Assembly (NCBI GenBank): GCA_963750945.1
Contig: CAVVSH010000004.1
Span: 719,004 to 783,003 of the forward strand
Reading direction: 5' to 3'
Origin: an uncultured Actinomycetota bacterium
GTDB taxonomy: Bacteria > Actinomycetota > UBA4738 > HRBIN12
DNA: 64,000 nucleotides
The stretch's first letter is position 1; every line of letters begins with the position of its first letter. A program made the translations under genes and the position numbers. The notes beneath the pieces were generated by a model that was given only the letters and a program-made list of their open reading frames with translations, made no database searches and was not told where the DNA came from. This document shows positions 63,792 to 64,000 of this stretch, in pieces.

Positions 63792-64000
63792 GCGGGCCGA
63801 CGCCCCTGCCGGGAACGGGAACGGGAACGGGAACGATCCTGGAGGTGCGCGGCCTCGAGAAGCACTTCGGCGGGCTCTACGCGCTTTCGGGCTTGGACAT
63901 GGAGGTGCGAACGGGCGAGATCGTGTCGGTGATCGGCCCCAACGGCGCGGGGAAGAGCACGCTCTTCAACGTGATCACCGGCATCTACGAGCCCGACGTC
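63788..64000 (+). CDS. livG: Branched-chain amino acid ABC ATPase (LivG-like), 3'-truncated by the window edge
   Basis: GTG overlapping the livM stop; LEVRGLEKHFGGL; Walker A GPNGAGKST. Confidence 0.88.
   Translation, partial: MSGPTPLPGTGTGTGTILEVRGLEKHFGGLYALSGLDMEVRTGEIVSVIGPNGAGKSTLFNVITGIYEPDV

Overview
High-GC chromosomal window that looks actinobacterial (dcw cluster without ftsA or ddl, sepF-yggT-divIVA, moxR-DUF58-transglutaminase, DUF3040, GAAC-N4-GTTC SOS boxes). 1-16.8 kb: accessory cell-surface region with a phosphoesterase, a lipoprotein sulfatase, four large polytopic GT-C-like membrane proteins (two are close paralogs), a methyltransferase-GT2 fusion, gmd-fcl and rocD. 13.1-21.7 kb: an SOS mutagenesis module with a LexA-boxed DUF6504-like gene, LexA-boxed dnaE2 and dinB, and no imuA/imuB in the window. 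dnaE2 is interrupted by two tandem copies of a hairpin repeat (57+58 bp, net +1 frameshift), and a third inverted copy of that repeat lies just downstream of the DUF6504-like gene. 21.8-64 kb: core genes, namely merR, the moxR operon, an HNH gene, the dcw cluster (with an unannotated 37-aa membrane ORF between mraZ and rsmH), T-box-controlled ileS, dksA-like, lspA, rluA, dnaE, a degenerate hisA/priA paralog, trpCBA and a liv-type ABC transporter. No rRNA, tRNA, CRISPR array or transposase was seen. All calls come from motif recognition by eye; no database searches were run.
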